From contig CAWEEQ010000004.1 of NCBI GenBank assembly GCA_963808235.1, positions 2,080,001-2,144,000 of the forward strand: 64,000 nucleotides of DNA, read 5' to 3'. The translations under genes and the position numbers were made by a program. Below, piece by piece: positions 30,945 through 41,600 of this stretch (position 1 is its first letter; the number at the start of each line of letters is the position of its first letter). This DNA comes from an uncultured delta proteobacterium (GTDB lineage Bacteria; Desulfobacterota; Binatia; Binatales; Binataceae). The notes below the pieces were generated by a model. It worked only from the letters and a program-made list of their open reading frames with translations. It was not told where the DNA came from and searched no databases.

Positions 30945-31086
30945 GGCTCACCTTTCACGCCTTGCCGGCGAAGTACGATGCCCACACGGCGGAACCCGTT
31001 TCCGCGGGAGGAGGGGGACAGAACACCGTGCTCCTACCGAGTGGGCAATTTTTTTTCGGCACAACTTCAGACGTAGCTATCTGCTC

Positions 31087-31500
31087 CTAGCGAACCCGCC
31101 CAAATGACCCACCGGGCGCACTCATGGGCGCGGGAATTGTTGGATTCACAAACGGTTGCGCGAACTGACTTTCAGGCCGCTCCATCCACGCACCGCCGGG
31201 ATTCGACGGCGCGAAGCTCCCGGACATGGGCGCCGGCTCTGGATCCACCGGCTCCTCCTCGGGCTCCTCCGGCGCAGGAGCGAGATCAGGCTCGCCGGGT
31301 GAAGACTCACCGCCGTCCCAGGACTCGCTCACATCGGGATCCGCAAAAGGTGAATCAATTGAGATTTTCACGACCGAGGCGTCGTCGCTCGAAGCAAATG
31401 CCGGTTGAACGCCGGCAATCACCGAGGCTACGAGAAATGTTATCGCGACGTGCGATGCGTACCTGGCCAGGCTTCGCGAACCTGTAGATGTTGTTTTCAT
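31087..31500 (-). CDS. Secreted acidic Pro-rich hypothetical protein
   Basis: Signal peptide (AFA) followed by low-complexity P/E/D sequence. Confidence 0.5.
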   Translation of the reverse strand: MKTTSTGSRSLARYASHVAITFLVASVIAGVQPAFASSDDASVVKISIDSPFADPDVSESWDGGESSPGEPDLAPAPEEPEEEPVDPEPAPMSGSFAPSNPGGAWMERPESQFAQPFVNPTIPAPMSAPGGSFGRVR

Positions 31501-31543
31501 TTTGCTATCCACAACCAGTCTCGTGAACTTCGAAAAATCTCGC

Positions 31544-32038
31544 TCATCGCGTGGGCACGGAAACGTATTCCACGGAGATGTATTCAATGATTTGTGGCGG
31601 CGAATTGAGATTCTCACTGACCGTAAAGCGCCGTATCAGATGACCCGCGCAGTCGAAGACGTCGGCAAATCCCTGGCCCGGACCGGGCAGGTCGTCTAGC
31701 TTCGCCCCATTCCTGAGTCCATAGACCGCAAACCGCCCGCCGTTGATCTTTGTGAACCCGAGCGGCGAATACTGTGACAAGTCTTCTGATGAGTCCGCGG
31801 GACCATCAGAACCAGGCGAGGTGCTGGTGCCGCTCGCCACCGCGCAGGCGCCGCTCGTCAGGGCGTGGGGGCTACTCGTCACAGGAGCACTGACACGCGA
31901 GACGTGCGCACTGCCGGGGCCGAACGCGGAATCCTGATTTACGAGCGTCGTGCTGAGCGCCAATCCGGACGCCGCGGATGCGGCGACGATCAGTGAGGTC
32001 CCCGCAGCTATAATCAGAGTTTTCTTGAAAGCCTCCAT
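31544..32038 (-). CDS. Secreted protein containing a short TIGR03118-like segment
   Basis: Signal peptide; YSPLGF..ING...DDLPGPGQGFADVFD..GHLIRRF....LNSP. Confidence 0.55.
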   Translation of the reverse strand: MEAFKKTLIIAAGTSLIVAASAASGLALSTTLVNQDSAFGPGSAHVSRVSAPVTSSPHALTSGACAVASGTSTSPGSDGPADSSEDLSQYSPLGFTKINGGRFAVYGLRNGAKLDDLPGPGQGFADVFDCAGHLIRRFTVSENLNSPPQIIEYISVEYVSVPTR

Positions 32039-32081
32039 GGGGTCTTCCTCTCGTCAGCGCTCCGGAAATCTTCACTATTGA

Positions 32082-32103
32082 AGGCGTGAAAAGTGCCGTC
32101 ACA
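32082..32103 (-). promoter_or_regulatory. Conserved motif TGTG-N7-TTTTCACGCCT, copy 2
   Basis: 44 nt upstream of the 32038 start; also forms TTCAC-N10-GTGAA. Confidence 0.6.
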
Positions 32104-32148
32104 AATCGTGCGTCGTGGGATTCTTTGCGTTTTGCATCCTTATGTGGG

Positions 32149-32200
32149 TGCTTAATTGTGTTAAGCAGCCACTTAAATCATGCACGCAAGAGCCATGCCC
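32149..32200 (-). promoter_or_regulatory. Second sigma-54-type promoter (GGCATGGCTCTTGC) plus operator TGCTTAAT-TGT-GTTAAGCA
   Basis: Diverged copy of the 28921-28968 module. Confidence 0.6.
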
Positions 32201-32402
32201 GAACCCGTTCACGGCAAGCCTTGGAAATTTCTGCCGGCGCAACGTCCGCCGGGTCGCGAATGGCGAATTGCGAGAGGTCGCACCGTCTAGGCGCCGGGAG
32301 GAAACTAAGAGCAGGCCGCTGGCAGCTACTCCGCTACCAGCGGCCCGCTCGGCTATGTCTGCTGTTCCGACGATACAGTCCTGGACCACTGTCGGACCTG
32401 GC

Positions 32403-32771
32403 TTACGGCGCGCAGACCGGGGTGCTGCACGGGCCCCCTGTAGGCCCCAGCGGATTCAACGTATTCAATTGGCCGCCCGTGGCCGTTCCCTGCACGCGCG
32501 GGGTCACTGCCGGCACCAGCACCGCCCCGCTGGGCAGTACGGTGATTCCGTTCATTGTAATCGAACCGGGTACGTTCGTGGCGCCGACGCGGCCACCGAT
32601 AGAGCCAGCCCTTACTGATCCCATCGAACCCATGCCGCCGACATGCGCACCACCGACTCCGCCCATCGCGCCCATCGCGCCGAACGCGAACGCCTGCTGC
32701 GCGGATAGTGCAATCGCACCCACCAGCAGGGCTGTGTTGAAGGTCTTGGTTATGAACATTCTCGCTCTCAT
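32403..32771 (-). CDS. Secreted Gly-rich hypothetical protein
   Basis: Signal peptide (AFA), Gly/Met-rich, C-terminal CSTPVC. Confidence 0.5.
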   Translation of the reverse strand: MRARMFITKTFNTALLVGAIALSAQQAFAFGAMGAMGGVGGAHVGGMGSMGSVRAGSIGGRVGATNVPGSITMNGITVLPSGAVLVPAVTPRVQGTATGGQLNTLNPLGPTGGPCSTPVCAP

Positions 32772-32895
32772 TCTTCTACTTCGTCCTTTCCTTTTGCCAA
32801 TTTAGCTTGGCAGCTTGTCTTCGAAACTCAGCTCGCAAGCATAGTTCGTTAGTGAGCTTGCTATAGTCGGTTAGTTAGCTTGCCTAAGTGCCACG

Positions 32896-33753
32896 TCATC
32901 GATCGGCCCGATGCTCCGTCTCTCGCAATTCGAAGTCGGTGGAGACGCTCAACTCGTGCCACTTTCTGTCGGCTTCGATCCGCGCAAGGTCGTTCTGTTC
33001 GGCTCGGTGAACAGCGTCGCTGCCCAGTAGTAGCCGCAGTGGCGGCTCATCAAGGTTCGCAATATGCATGATGACCGCGGCCGCTTTGGCGGGATCGCCC
33101 GGCTGGGCGCCGTTATACTTGCGTTGGAATCGAGCCGTCGCTCCAACGGTGGAATCGTATTCGGGCCGGCCGCCACGGATGGTCGTGGAAGATCCCGCGA
33201 AGTCGGTGCGGAAACCACCCGGCTCGACGATCGTCACCTTGATTCCAAGTGGCGCGAGCTCTTTGGCAAGCACCTCCGAGAATCCTTCGACACCCCATTT
33301 GGCCGCCGAATAGGCACCACGGCCGGGCGACCCGTGTCGTCCTCCGATCGACGACAACTGGATGATGTGACCCGACCCTTGCTCTCGCATGAGCGGGATC
33401 GCAGCCTTGGTGACATTGATGACGCCAAAAAGATTGGTGTCGATCTGCGCGTGGAAGTCGGCCAGGCTCGTATCCTCGATCGATCCGACGTCGCCATAGC
33501 CGGCGTTGTTGACCAGCACGTCCAGGCGCCCGAACCCGTCGACACTCGCCCAGATCGCATCTCTTGCGGCGCGCGGATCAGTCACATCCAGCGCGACGAT
33601 GCGAACCTGGCCGTTGTAGCGTTGCACCAGGTCGGCGAGATGCATCGTATTGCGTGCCGTGGCAACCAGCCGTTGTCCTCCGGCGAGCACCGCTTCCGCG
33701 AGCGCGCGCCCGAGGCCGCGGGAACTGCCGGTGATCAACCATACCTTTGACAT
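32896..33753 (-). CDS. Short-chain dehydrogenase/reductase
   Basis: TGSSRGLG, NNAG, YSAAK, VEPGGFRTDF. Confidence 0.93.
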   Translation of the reverse strand: MSKVWLITGSSRGLGRALAEAVLAGGQRLVATARNTMHLADLVQRYNGQVRIVALDVTDPRAARDAIWASVDGFGRLDVLVNNAGYGDVGSIEDTSLADFHAQIDTNLFGVINVTKAAIPLMREQGSGHIIQLSSIGGRHGSPGRGAYSAAKWGVEGFSEVLAKELAPLGIKVTIVEPGGFRTDFAGSSTTIRGGRPEYDSTVGATARFQRKYNGAQPGDPAKAAAVIMHIANLDEPPLRLLLGSDAVHRAEQNDLARIEADRKWHELSVSTDFELRETEHRADR

Positions 33754-33897
33754 GCAAGCCTCACTCAATTACCCAGGTTGTGACTGCGTGGTGTTTGGTC
33801 TGGAAGACGCGGCCGTGATTGCTCTTTCTCAACCGCCGGCTCTGAGGGTGGCTTAACTAATCACTCCGTGCCCGTCCTGAAGGCGTGAAATTCGCGG

Positions 33898-34410
33898 CTA
33901 TCGCTCGGCGACTATTTCTGACAGGAACCAGGTTCGGCGCTCGGTCTCGTCGATCCAGTTCTCGATCAGGCTCGCGGTAGCAACGTCGTCATGCTGCTCG
34001 CAGACTTTATGCGCGGAACGCAGCTCTCGCGTCAGTTGCTGGTTGTCGTCACGAAGCTCGATCAGCATGTCGTTGGGCGGAACGAATTCGGCGTTGTTGT
34101 CTTTCAAGCGTTGATGCTCCGCGATGTCTCTGATCGAATGGATCGTAGTCCCGCCGATCTTGCGCGCGCGCTCGGCGATAGCATCGGTCATGGCGAAGAT
34201 CTGGGCAGACTGTTCGTCGAGCAGCAGATGGTAGTCGCGGAAATGCTTCCCGCTCATGTGCCAGTGGAAGTTCTTTGCCTTTACGTAGAGAGTGAACACG
34301 TCGGCCAGTAGTTTGCGGAGCTCACCCGAGACCTCCACCACTGCGTCTCCGCTGAGATCGGTCGGCGTTTCCCAAATGGTTTTCGTTCGCGCTGTGGAAT
34401 GGCTCTTCAT
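33898..34410 (-). CDS. dps: DNA starvation/stationary phase protection protein
   Basis: KNFHWHMSG.HFRDYHLLLDEQ...DAIAERAR ferroxidase motif. Confidence 0.92.
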   Translation of the reverse strand: MKSHSTARTKTIWETPTDLSGDAVVEVSGELRKLLADVFTLYVKAKNFHWHMSGKHFRDYHLLLDEQSAQIFAMTDAIAERARKIGGTTIHSIRDIAEHQRLKDNNAEFVPPNDMLIELRDDNQQLTRELRSAHKVCEQHDDVATASLIENWIDETERRTWFLSEIVAER

Positions 34411-34451
34411 TGCCTGTTCTCCTTTCAAGTTACGTTCAAATCACCGAACCT

Positions 34452-35963
34452 TCAGTCAGCGCCGCGCAATACCATGCGGCTGGGGCTTGATTCCCTGGCC
34501 GTCCGCGACGTTCGCCGCTTTGTCACTTCGTCTGCGATGCGGCGGCCATACTCCGGATCGGCCTTGCGAAAGTGCTCGACTGAGCGTTCGATGATGTCGT
34601 CGCGGCTCACTTGCGAGAGGCTCGCGGCGAGGTTCGCGATCAACCTGCCCTTCTCCACATCGCTCATCAGGCGGTAGAGATCTCCGGCCTGAACGAAGTC
34701 GCTGTCATCGCGATGATTCACTGGCGCGTGATTTCCGCTCAGGCCTGCGACCTCAATCGGTGCCCATAGCGGCGCACCGGTTTGCTGCGGACCTCCGAAG
34801 CTGTTGGGCTCATAGTTCTTCGCGCGCCCGTGATTGCCATCGGAGCGCATCGCCCCGTCGCGGCAGTAGTTGCGAGCTTCAGCCGCATGCGGCTGATTGA
34901 CCGGCAGCTGCATGTGATTTGCGCCTAGCCGGTAGCGATGCGTATCGCCGTAGGAGAACAGGCGGCCTTGCAACATCTTGTCGGGGGAGGGACCGATGCC
35001 CGGCACGAAATGAGCCGGATTGAAGGCCGCCTGTTCAACTTCGGCGAAATAATTTTCTGGATTGCGATTCAAAACGATTCTGCCGACCGTAGTCAGCGGG
35101 TACTCGCGATGCGACCAGACCTTGGTCACGTCAAACGGATTGAAGCGGTATTTCGTAGCCGCGGCCGCCGGCATGATCTGCATTTTGAGCGTCCACGACG
35201 GATACTGGGCGCAGCCGATCGCCCGCAGCAGATCGCGTTGATGATGGTCAGCGTCGTGGCCGGCTATGCGGGTCGCATCCTCGGCGATGAGACTCTTGAT
35301 CCCCTGCTCGGTCTTGAAATGATACTTCACCCAGAACACTTCGCCGCGCGCATTGACCCACTGGAAAGTGTGCGATCCGAAGCCGTCCATGTTGCGAAAG
35401 CTCGCGGGTATGCCGCGATCGCCGAACAGAATCGTGAACTGATGCGTCGCTTCGGGACTGAGCGAGAAAAAGTCCCAGATGTTGTCGGGCTCCTGGATGT
35501 TGGTGAAAGGGTCGCGCTTTTGCGAGTGGATAAAATCAGGAAATTTCAGCGGATCGCGGATGAAGAATACCGGCGTATTGTTGCCGACCAGGTCGTAGTT
35601 GCCGTCCTCGGTGTAAAACTTGATCGCAAATCCCCGCGGGTCGCGCACCGTGTCGGCTGAGCCCTTTTCGCCGGCCACGGTCGAGAAGCGAACGAATACC
35701 TCAGTTCGCTTTCCGACCGGAGCTAGAAATCTGGCCTTGGTCCACCGCGTCACATTGGCCAATACCTCGAAGTAGCCGTAAGCACCCGAGCCCTTCGCAT
35801 GCACGACGCGCTCGGGAATCCGCTCGCGATCGAAATGCGCGAGTTTCTCGATCAGATGATGGTCCTCGATTAGAACTGGTCCGGCCGGTCCCGCGGTGCG
35901 CGAGTTCTGATTGTCGGCGACCGGCGCTCCGTTATCGGTTGTCAGAACCTTCTTGGACTCCAT
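34452..35963 (-). CDS. katA: Monofunctional heme catalase
   Basis: [32 protein letters not shown] proximal Tyr motif. Confidence 0.95.
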   Translation of the reverse strand: MESKKVLTTDNGAPVADNQNSRTAGPAGPVLIEDHHLIEKLAHFDRERIPERVVHAKGSGAYGYFEVLANVTRWTKARFLAPVGKRTEVFVRFSTVAGEKGSADTVRDPRGFAIKFYTEDGNYDLVGNNTPVFFIRDPLKFPDFIHSQKRDPFTNIQEPDNIWDFFSLSPEATHQFTILFGDRGIPASFRNMDGFGSHTFQWVNARGEVFWVKYHFKTEQGIKSLIAEDATRIAGHDADHHQRDLLRAIGCAQYPSWTLKMQIMPAAAATKYRFNPFDVTKVWSHREYPLTTVGRIVLNRNPENYFAEVEQAAFNPAHFVPGIGPSPDKMLQGRLFSYGDTHRYRLGANHMQLPVNQPHAAEARNYCRDGAMRSDGNHGRAKNYEPNSFGGPQQTGAPLWAPIEVAGLSGNHAPVNHRDDSDFVQAGDLYRLMSDVEKGRLIANLAASLSQVSRDDIIERSVEHFRKADPEYGRRIADEVTKRRTSRTARESSPSRMVLRGAD

Positions 35964-36007
35964 CACTCTTCTCCGCCTCGGCTGGCGCGGTTGTTACCCG
36001 TTAAAAG

Positions 36008-36313
36008 TTACCAAACCCAAACTGGCCGAAGCGCTTCATCGACCTGCTGCTGAGCGACCTGCTGTCCAGCTTCCATGCGCGCAACGACTTGTTCGATCTC
36101 GTAGCTCTTCTGCGCAAAGGCGGGGTTGTTTTTATTTCCCTCGCGAGCTTCGCGCTGCGCGGCGTCTGCGGCCTGCTGCAGATCGGCGATAGTCTGGGTG
36201 TCGGGCTGGGCGGCTGGGTAGCTTCTTGAAACTCCGACCGAGCCGGCCAGAACCGGCGTTGACAAAGCCAACGTCATCATTCCGGCGGCGAATATTATTG
36301 AAAGATTCTTCAT
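36008..36313 (-). CDS. Secreted helical hypothetical protein (similar to 15458..15796)
   Basis: AGGAGG RBS, signal peptide; IEQVVARMEAGQQVAQQQVDEAL. Confidence 0.6.
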   Translation of the reverse strand: MKNLSIIFAAGMMTLALSTPVLAGSVGVSRSYPAAQPDTQTIADLQQAADAAQREAREGNKNNPAFAQKSYEIEQVVARMEAGQQVAQQQVDEALRPVWVW

Positions 36314-36388
36314 GATATGTAACCTCCTGCTCAATTGACCGGAGATGTGTGCCTGGTATTCCCGGTCTTTGGCCTCTTTCATCAAACA

Positions 36389-36410
36389 AGGCGTGAAAAT
36401 TGATCGCACA
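36389..36410 (-). promoter_or_regulatory. Conserved motif TGTG-N7-TTTTCACGCCT, copy 3
   Basis: Upstream of the secreted protein-katA-dps run. Confidence 0.6.
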
Positions 36411-36427
36411 ACCCTGGTGCGTATCGG

Positions 36428-37468
36428 TCAGCCGTTCTCCTGGATTCGCCGAGTCAATCGAGCGTCCTGCCGCCAGTTGACCGGCTTCGCGGGCGGCGCC
36501 ATGAACTCCGGTCCCACCGGATCCACGATTGCCGCTGCGGTGATGCGCACAATTTGCTCGCGATCTTCCGGGCTAAGATGCCATCCCGTCACCTCGTCGA
36601 CCGGAGCGAGTTGGTCGGGGCGACGGGCGCCCCATAGCGCCGCGCTGACTCCGGGCCTATCCAGAACCCACCTGAGCGCGAGGTGGATGACAGTCTTGCC
36701 GAAGTTTTCGCGCGCGAATCGATCCAGGCGCTCGACCGCCTCTAGGTAGTGGCCATAGCGGGGCTGCTGGAATTTTGGGTCGGTACGGCGCAGATCGTCG
36801 CCCTCGAAAACAGTCTCGGCCTTCATCCGCCCGCTCAACAGGCCGCGGCAGATCGAGCCGTACACCAGGGTCGAAATGCCGTACTGGAAACAATGCGGCA
36901 GCACGTCGCTCTCGATGCCGCGCTCGAAGAGATTGTAGGGCGGTTGCGCAGTATGAATCGGCGCCACCTTGCTGAACTGAATCATTTGCTCGGGCGAAAA
37001 ATTACTGACCCCGATCGCTCGAATCTTTCCCTGCTTGAAGAGCAGACCCATCGCCGCAGCCGTTTCTTCGATCGGCGTGGCGGGATCAGGCCAATGCACC
37101 TGGTAGATGTCGATCACGTCGGTCTTGAGTCTTCGCAGCGACGCCTCTACTTCCTTGAAGATCCGGCGGGGGCTGGCGTCGCGAATCGGCTGCGCTCCGC
37201 GCCAGTCCAGCCCGACCTTCGTCGCGAGGACCGTTTGATGCCGCAAGTTGCCTTCGGACAGCGCTTTGCCGACGATTTCTTCCGACCTGCCGAACCCGTA
37301 TACCGGCGCGGTATCGATCAGATTGATGCCATGATCGAACGCCGATCGAATCGTGCGAATCGATTCCTGCTCATCCGTTCCGCCCCACATCCATCCGCCG
37401 ATCGCCCAGGTTCCAAGACCGATCCGGGAAGCATCGATGCCCGTATTGCCAATTTTGCTGAACTCCAT
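36428..37468 (-). CDS. Aldo/keto reductase (YhdN/Gsp69-like)
   Basis: GLGTWAIGG, DTAPVYG, ATKVG, QVHWPD, IGVSNF, QPPYNLFER. Confidence 0.93.
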   Translation of the reverse strand: MEFSKIGNTGIDASRIGLGTWAIGGWMWGGTDEQESIRTIRSAFDHGINLIDTAPVYGFGRSEEIVGKALSEGNLRHQTVLATKVGLDWRGAQPIRDASPRRIFKEVEASLRRLKTDVIDIYQVHWPDPATPIEETAAAMGLLFKQGKIRAIGVSNFSPEQMIQFSKVAPIHTAQPPYNLFERGIESDVLPHCFQYGISTLVYGSICRGLLSGRMKAETVFEGDDLRRTDPKFQQPRYGHYLEAVERLDRFARENFGKTVIHLALRWVLDRPGVSAALWGARRPDQLAPVDEVTGWHLSPEDREQIVRITAAAIVDPVGPEFMAPPAKPVNWRQDARLTRRIQENG

Positions 37469-37481
37469 TTTCTCTCTCCTG

Positions 37482-38677
37482 TTATGACTTGCTAGGACTT
37501 CCTTGCACCGGCTGGACCGCTTCGCCCTCGTGCGCTGCCTCGCCGACGTTCACCGCGATCTGCTCGCCCGGCTTAAGGTCACCGCTGACTTCGACCGTGT
37601 AGCCGTCGTCGTGCCCAAGCGTCACCTCAACCAGTTTGAGATGGTTGTCACGCACCACGGGCAAATAGATTTTGTCGTTACGGAATACGAGCGCGTCGTC
37701 GGGCGCGGTGAAGTTCGCGGTCGTCACGTGTGCGGTCATCTTCATGTTCGCGTACATCCCGGGAAACAAAGTTCGATCCTGGTTCGGCAGATCGACCTCG
37801 ACCTGCATGGTGCGCGTGGCTTGATCGAGCGCCTCGGGATGACGGGTGACGGTGCCCACGTATTTGCGGTTCGGATAGTCGATTACGGTTATCGTCGCGG
37901 GATCACCATCTTTGATAAGCGAGCCAAAGGTCTGCGGTACAAAAGCGTAGATTCTGAGCGGCGCCTGGCTTGCCAGCGAGACGATTGGCGAAGACGTGTT
38001 GTTAGTGGGTTGGAAAACCGCGTTCGGCGTCGCTGAGACGGGTGCGGTCGCCGCCGGAATCAAGGTGCCGGGATCGACGAAGCGCGCCGTCACGATGCCG
38101 TCAAAAGGTGCCCGCACTACCTCGTACTGCTGCATCGCTAGTTCTTGTTGGTAGGCCGCCCTGGCTTGGAGCATCGCGGAGTGAGTCTGGTCGGCGGTCT
38201 GTTGCGGAACGACCTGCTGGCGAACGAGTTCCTGGTTGCGTACGTCGGTGACGTTTTGAATCCAATAGAAGGAACGCGCATCCGCCACTTGTTTGTCCGT
38301 CTCCGGCGATTCGATGATTGCGATAACTTCACCCGCCGTGACGTGGTCGCCCTTGTCCACGTTGATGGTCTTCATGTAGCCGGGAACCTTCGCGTAGACC
38401 GGAGTTTCGATGTAGCCATGAATCGTGGCCGGAAGCTCGATCGTTCGCGAGGAGCCTTCCCAGATATCTGCGTCACCAGCACATGCGGTCCGCGCGCGAC
38501 GGTCTCAGTAAGTTGCGTCGTCTGGCGTGCAAGGAGCTGCTGCCGCGCCAGCACGAACCCACCCGAGACGCTGAAAGCGACAAATACCGCCGCAAACAAT
38601 CCGATCACGAGCAAACGGCCGGGCTTGCGCTGATTGCGATTCTCTTCTGCTGGCATAGCGTTGGTACTCATTGTCAT
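37482..38677 (-). CDS. RND periplasmic adaptor, split by a 1-nt frameshift near 38458
   Basis: TM anchor ORF ...GPHVLVTQISG joins in another frame to SSRTIELPATIHGYIETPVYAKVPGYMKTINVDKGD. Confidence 0.85.
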
Positions 38678-41600
38678 GCTCCTGGCTCTGCGATCGCTTG
38701 TACGCGTTCGTCGCGCTGACGCTTGGTGATGAGCGTGCGGCTGAAGATTGAATAGACCGCTGGCACCACGAACAGCGTCATCAGGGTTGCCGCAAAAAGT
38801 CCGCCGATCACGGCTCGACCCAGCGGCGCGTTTTGCTCCGAGCCCTCACCGAGCGCGAGCGCCATCGGCAGCATTCCCAGGATCATTGCGAGCGCCGTCA
38901 TGATGATCGGCCGGAAGCGGACGTGGCCTGCCTCGATCGCGGCCTCGACCGGCCCCATTCCTTCCTCGCGCATCTCGTTGGCGAAAGTGATGAGCAGGTT
39001 GCCATTGGCGACGCCCACGCCGACCGCCATGATCGCGCCCATCATCGACTCGACGTTGATCGTCGTGCCCGTCAGCACCAGCATCCAAAGCACGCCGGCC
39101 AGGGCGCCCGGAACCGCCATTATGATGATGAACGGCTCGAGCCAGGACTGAAAATTCGCGACCATCAGCAGATAGACGAGAACGATCGCGAGAATCAGCC
39201 CGAGGCCCATCGTCTTGAACGATTGGTTCATCGCCTGGCTCTGCCCGCGAATGACGACCTTGGTGCCGGCCGGTAGTTCGCCGAGACTGTCGATCGCCTT
39301 TTGCACCGCGCCGGTCGTACTGCCGAGGTCTCGTCCACTTACGCCGCAGTCCACGTCGATAACTCGCTGCACCGTGTAATGCGCGACCACCGCGGGGTCG
39401 TTGTTGTGACTGATAGAGGCAACGTTGCCGAGAAATTGCACCGCCTGCCCGCTGGTGCCATTGGTCAGCGGCGTATTGGCAATTTGATCGACCGACGCGG
39501 TCATCTGAATAGGCGCCTGGGTCACGACGTTGTAATTGACGCCGTTAACCGGATCGAGCCAGTAGTTCGGTGAGATGAGCGTGTTACCACTCAACGAAGA
39601 GAGCAGCCCTGACGCGACCTGCTGCTCGGTCACGCCCAGCTCGAGCGCTTTGGCCCGATCGACGTTGACCTTGAAGGACGGGTAGTCCAGCGGCTCCGCA
39701 ATCCGCATATCGGCGACGCCCGGAATCAGCGCCATCTTCGCTGCGAGGCGCGTCGCGATCTGGTAGTCGGAGTGGAGATCATTGCCGTTGATCTGAGCGT
39801 CGATAGCCGCCGGAAGTCCGAAGTTCAACACCTGATTCACGATGTCTGCGGCCATGAAGTAGCCTTCGACATTCGGAAACTGCGTAGCCATCATTTGGCG
39901 GATGCGATCCTGGTAGATCGCGGTCGGATGATGCTTCGGTTTGAGCTGGATGAGGATTTCGCCGTCCTGGGGGCCGAGGTTGTCGGTCGGAAAAAACGCG
40001 ATCGCATAAGGTTGCGGCAGATCGATGTCGTCGCTTATCTGCTGCAGCTCGTCAGCGGGAATTATCTGCCGAATCGCGCGTTCGATATCGTCAACAATCA
40101 AGGCGGTCCGTTCGATGCGTGTCCCGCTCGGCGCGCGCACGTGAAATTTCAGGAGTCCGGCGTCGACCGTCGGGAAGAAATCTTCGCCGGTTACGTACAG
40201 CAGCGGGAGCGTCCCCAGAATCATCAACCCGGCACATGTCAGTGACAGGCCGCGATGCGCGATGAAGCTGGTCACGCCCGACACGTAATGCTTGCGCAGC
40301 CGCTCGAAGCCGGCTTCGAACCCGCGCAGGAACCCGCTCCAGAATCCCGTGGTCGGGACCCCCTGGTGCTTCTCCGGCAGCAGGTAAGAGGCCATCGTCG
40401 GTACCAGCGTGCGCGACAGCAAGTACGAAGTCAGCATCGCGAAAACGACTGCAAGAGCGAGCGGAGTAAAAAGAAATCGGGCGACGCCGGTAAGCAGCAC
40501 GACCGGAAAAAAGACGATGCAGATGGAAAGTGTGCCGATGAATGTCGGCGTCGCGATCTGATGCGCACCGTCGAGAATCGCGACCAGCAGCGGCTTGTCC
40601 ATCGCGTGATTGCGATGAATGTTCTCGACCTCCACGGTCGCGTCGTCGACCAACATTCCGACCGCAAGCGCGATCCCGCCCAGCGTCATCGTGTTGATCG
40701 TCTGGCCCGCAAGGTGCAAGCACGCGATCGAAGTGAGGATCGAGAGCGGTATCGACGCGATCACGATCAGCATGCTGCTCGGCGAACCGATGAACACCAG
40801 CACCATCAACGCCACCAACGCCGCCGCGATCACCGCCTCGCGCACGACTTCCCACAGCGACGCACGAACGAAGGCGGACTGATCGAAGGTGAGCGCCACC
40901 TTGAGGCCCTTGGGCGCAACCGCAAGAATTTCAGGGATGCGATTCCGCACCGCATCGACTACTGACAGCGTTGACGCGGCCGCGTGCTTGATCACGAGCA
41001 GGAAAGTCGCAGGACGCCCGTCGATACGTACGACGTTGCTCTGCGGCTGATGCGTATCGCTGACCGGTGCGATATCGCCAAGAAAGATCGGAATGCCGTT
41101 GGTTACCCTTATCGGCAGCCGGTTGAACTCAGACACCTTGCTCGGATTCATGTTCAGGTCGACGTCGTACTCGTAGTTGCCCATGCGAGCGGTGCCCGAG
41201 GGGATGACGACGTTGGTCGTCGAGAGCGCATTGCCGATATCTACCGGCGACAGCCCGTTGGCATACATCTGTTTTGGATCGAGGTTGACGACGACCGCGC
41301 GCTGAACGCCGCCGATCGGAGCAGGCGACGAAAATCCAGGTATCGTGAAAAGTTGCAGCCGAATGAAATTCAGACCGTAGTCAAAGAGCTGCTGTTGCGA
41401 GAGCGTCTCGCTATAGATGTTGAGTTGTGCAACCGGAACGTTCGCCGCGTTGTAGGAAATGATATTCGGAGCCGTCGTGCCGGTCGGAGCCTGGCGCAGG
41501 ATTGTCTCCGAGACCGAGTCGATTTGCGCGATCGCGGCGCCGATATCGGTGCCCGGCTGGAAATAAACCTTGAGTATGCCGATTCCGAGAATTGACTCAG

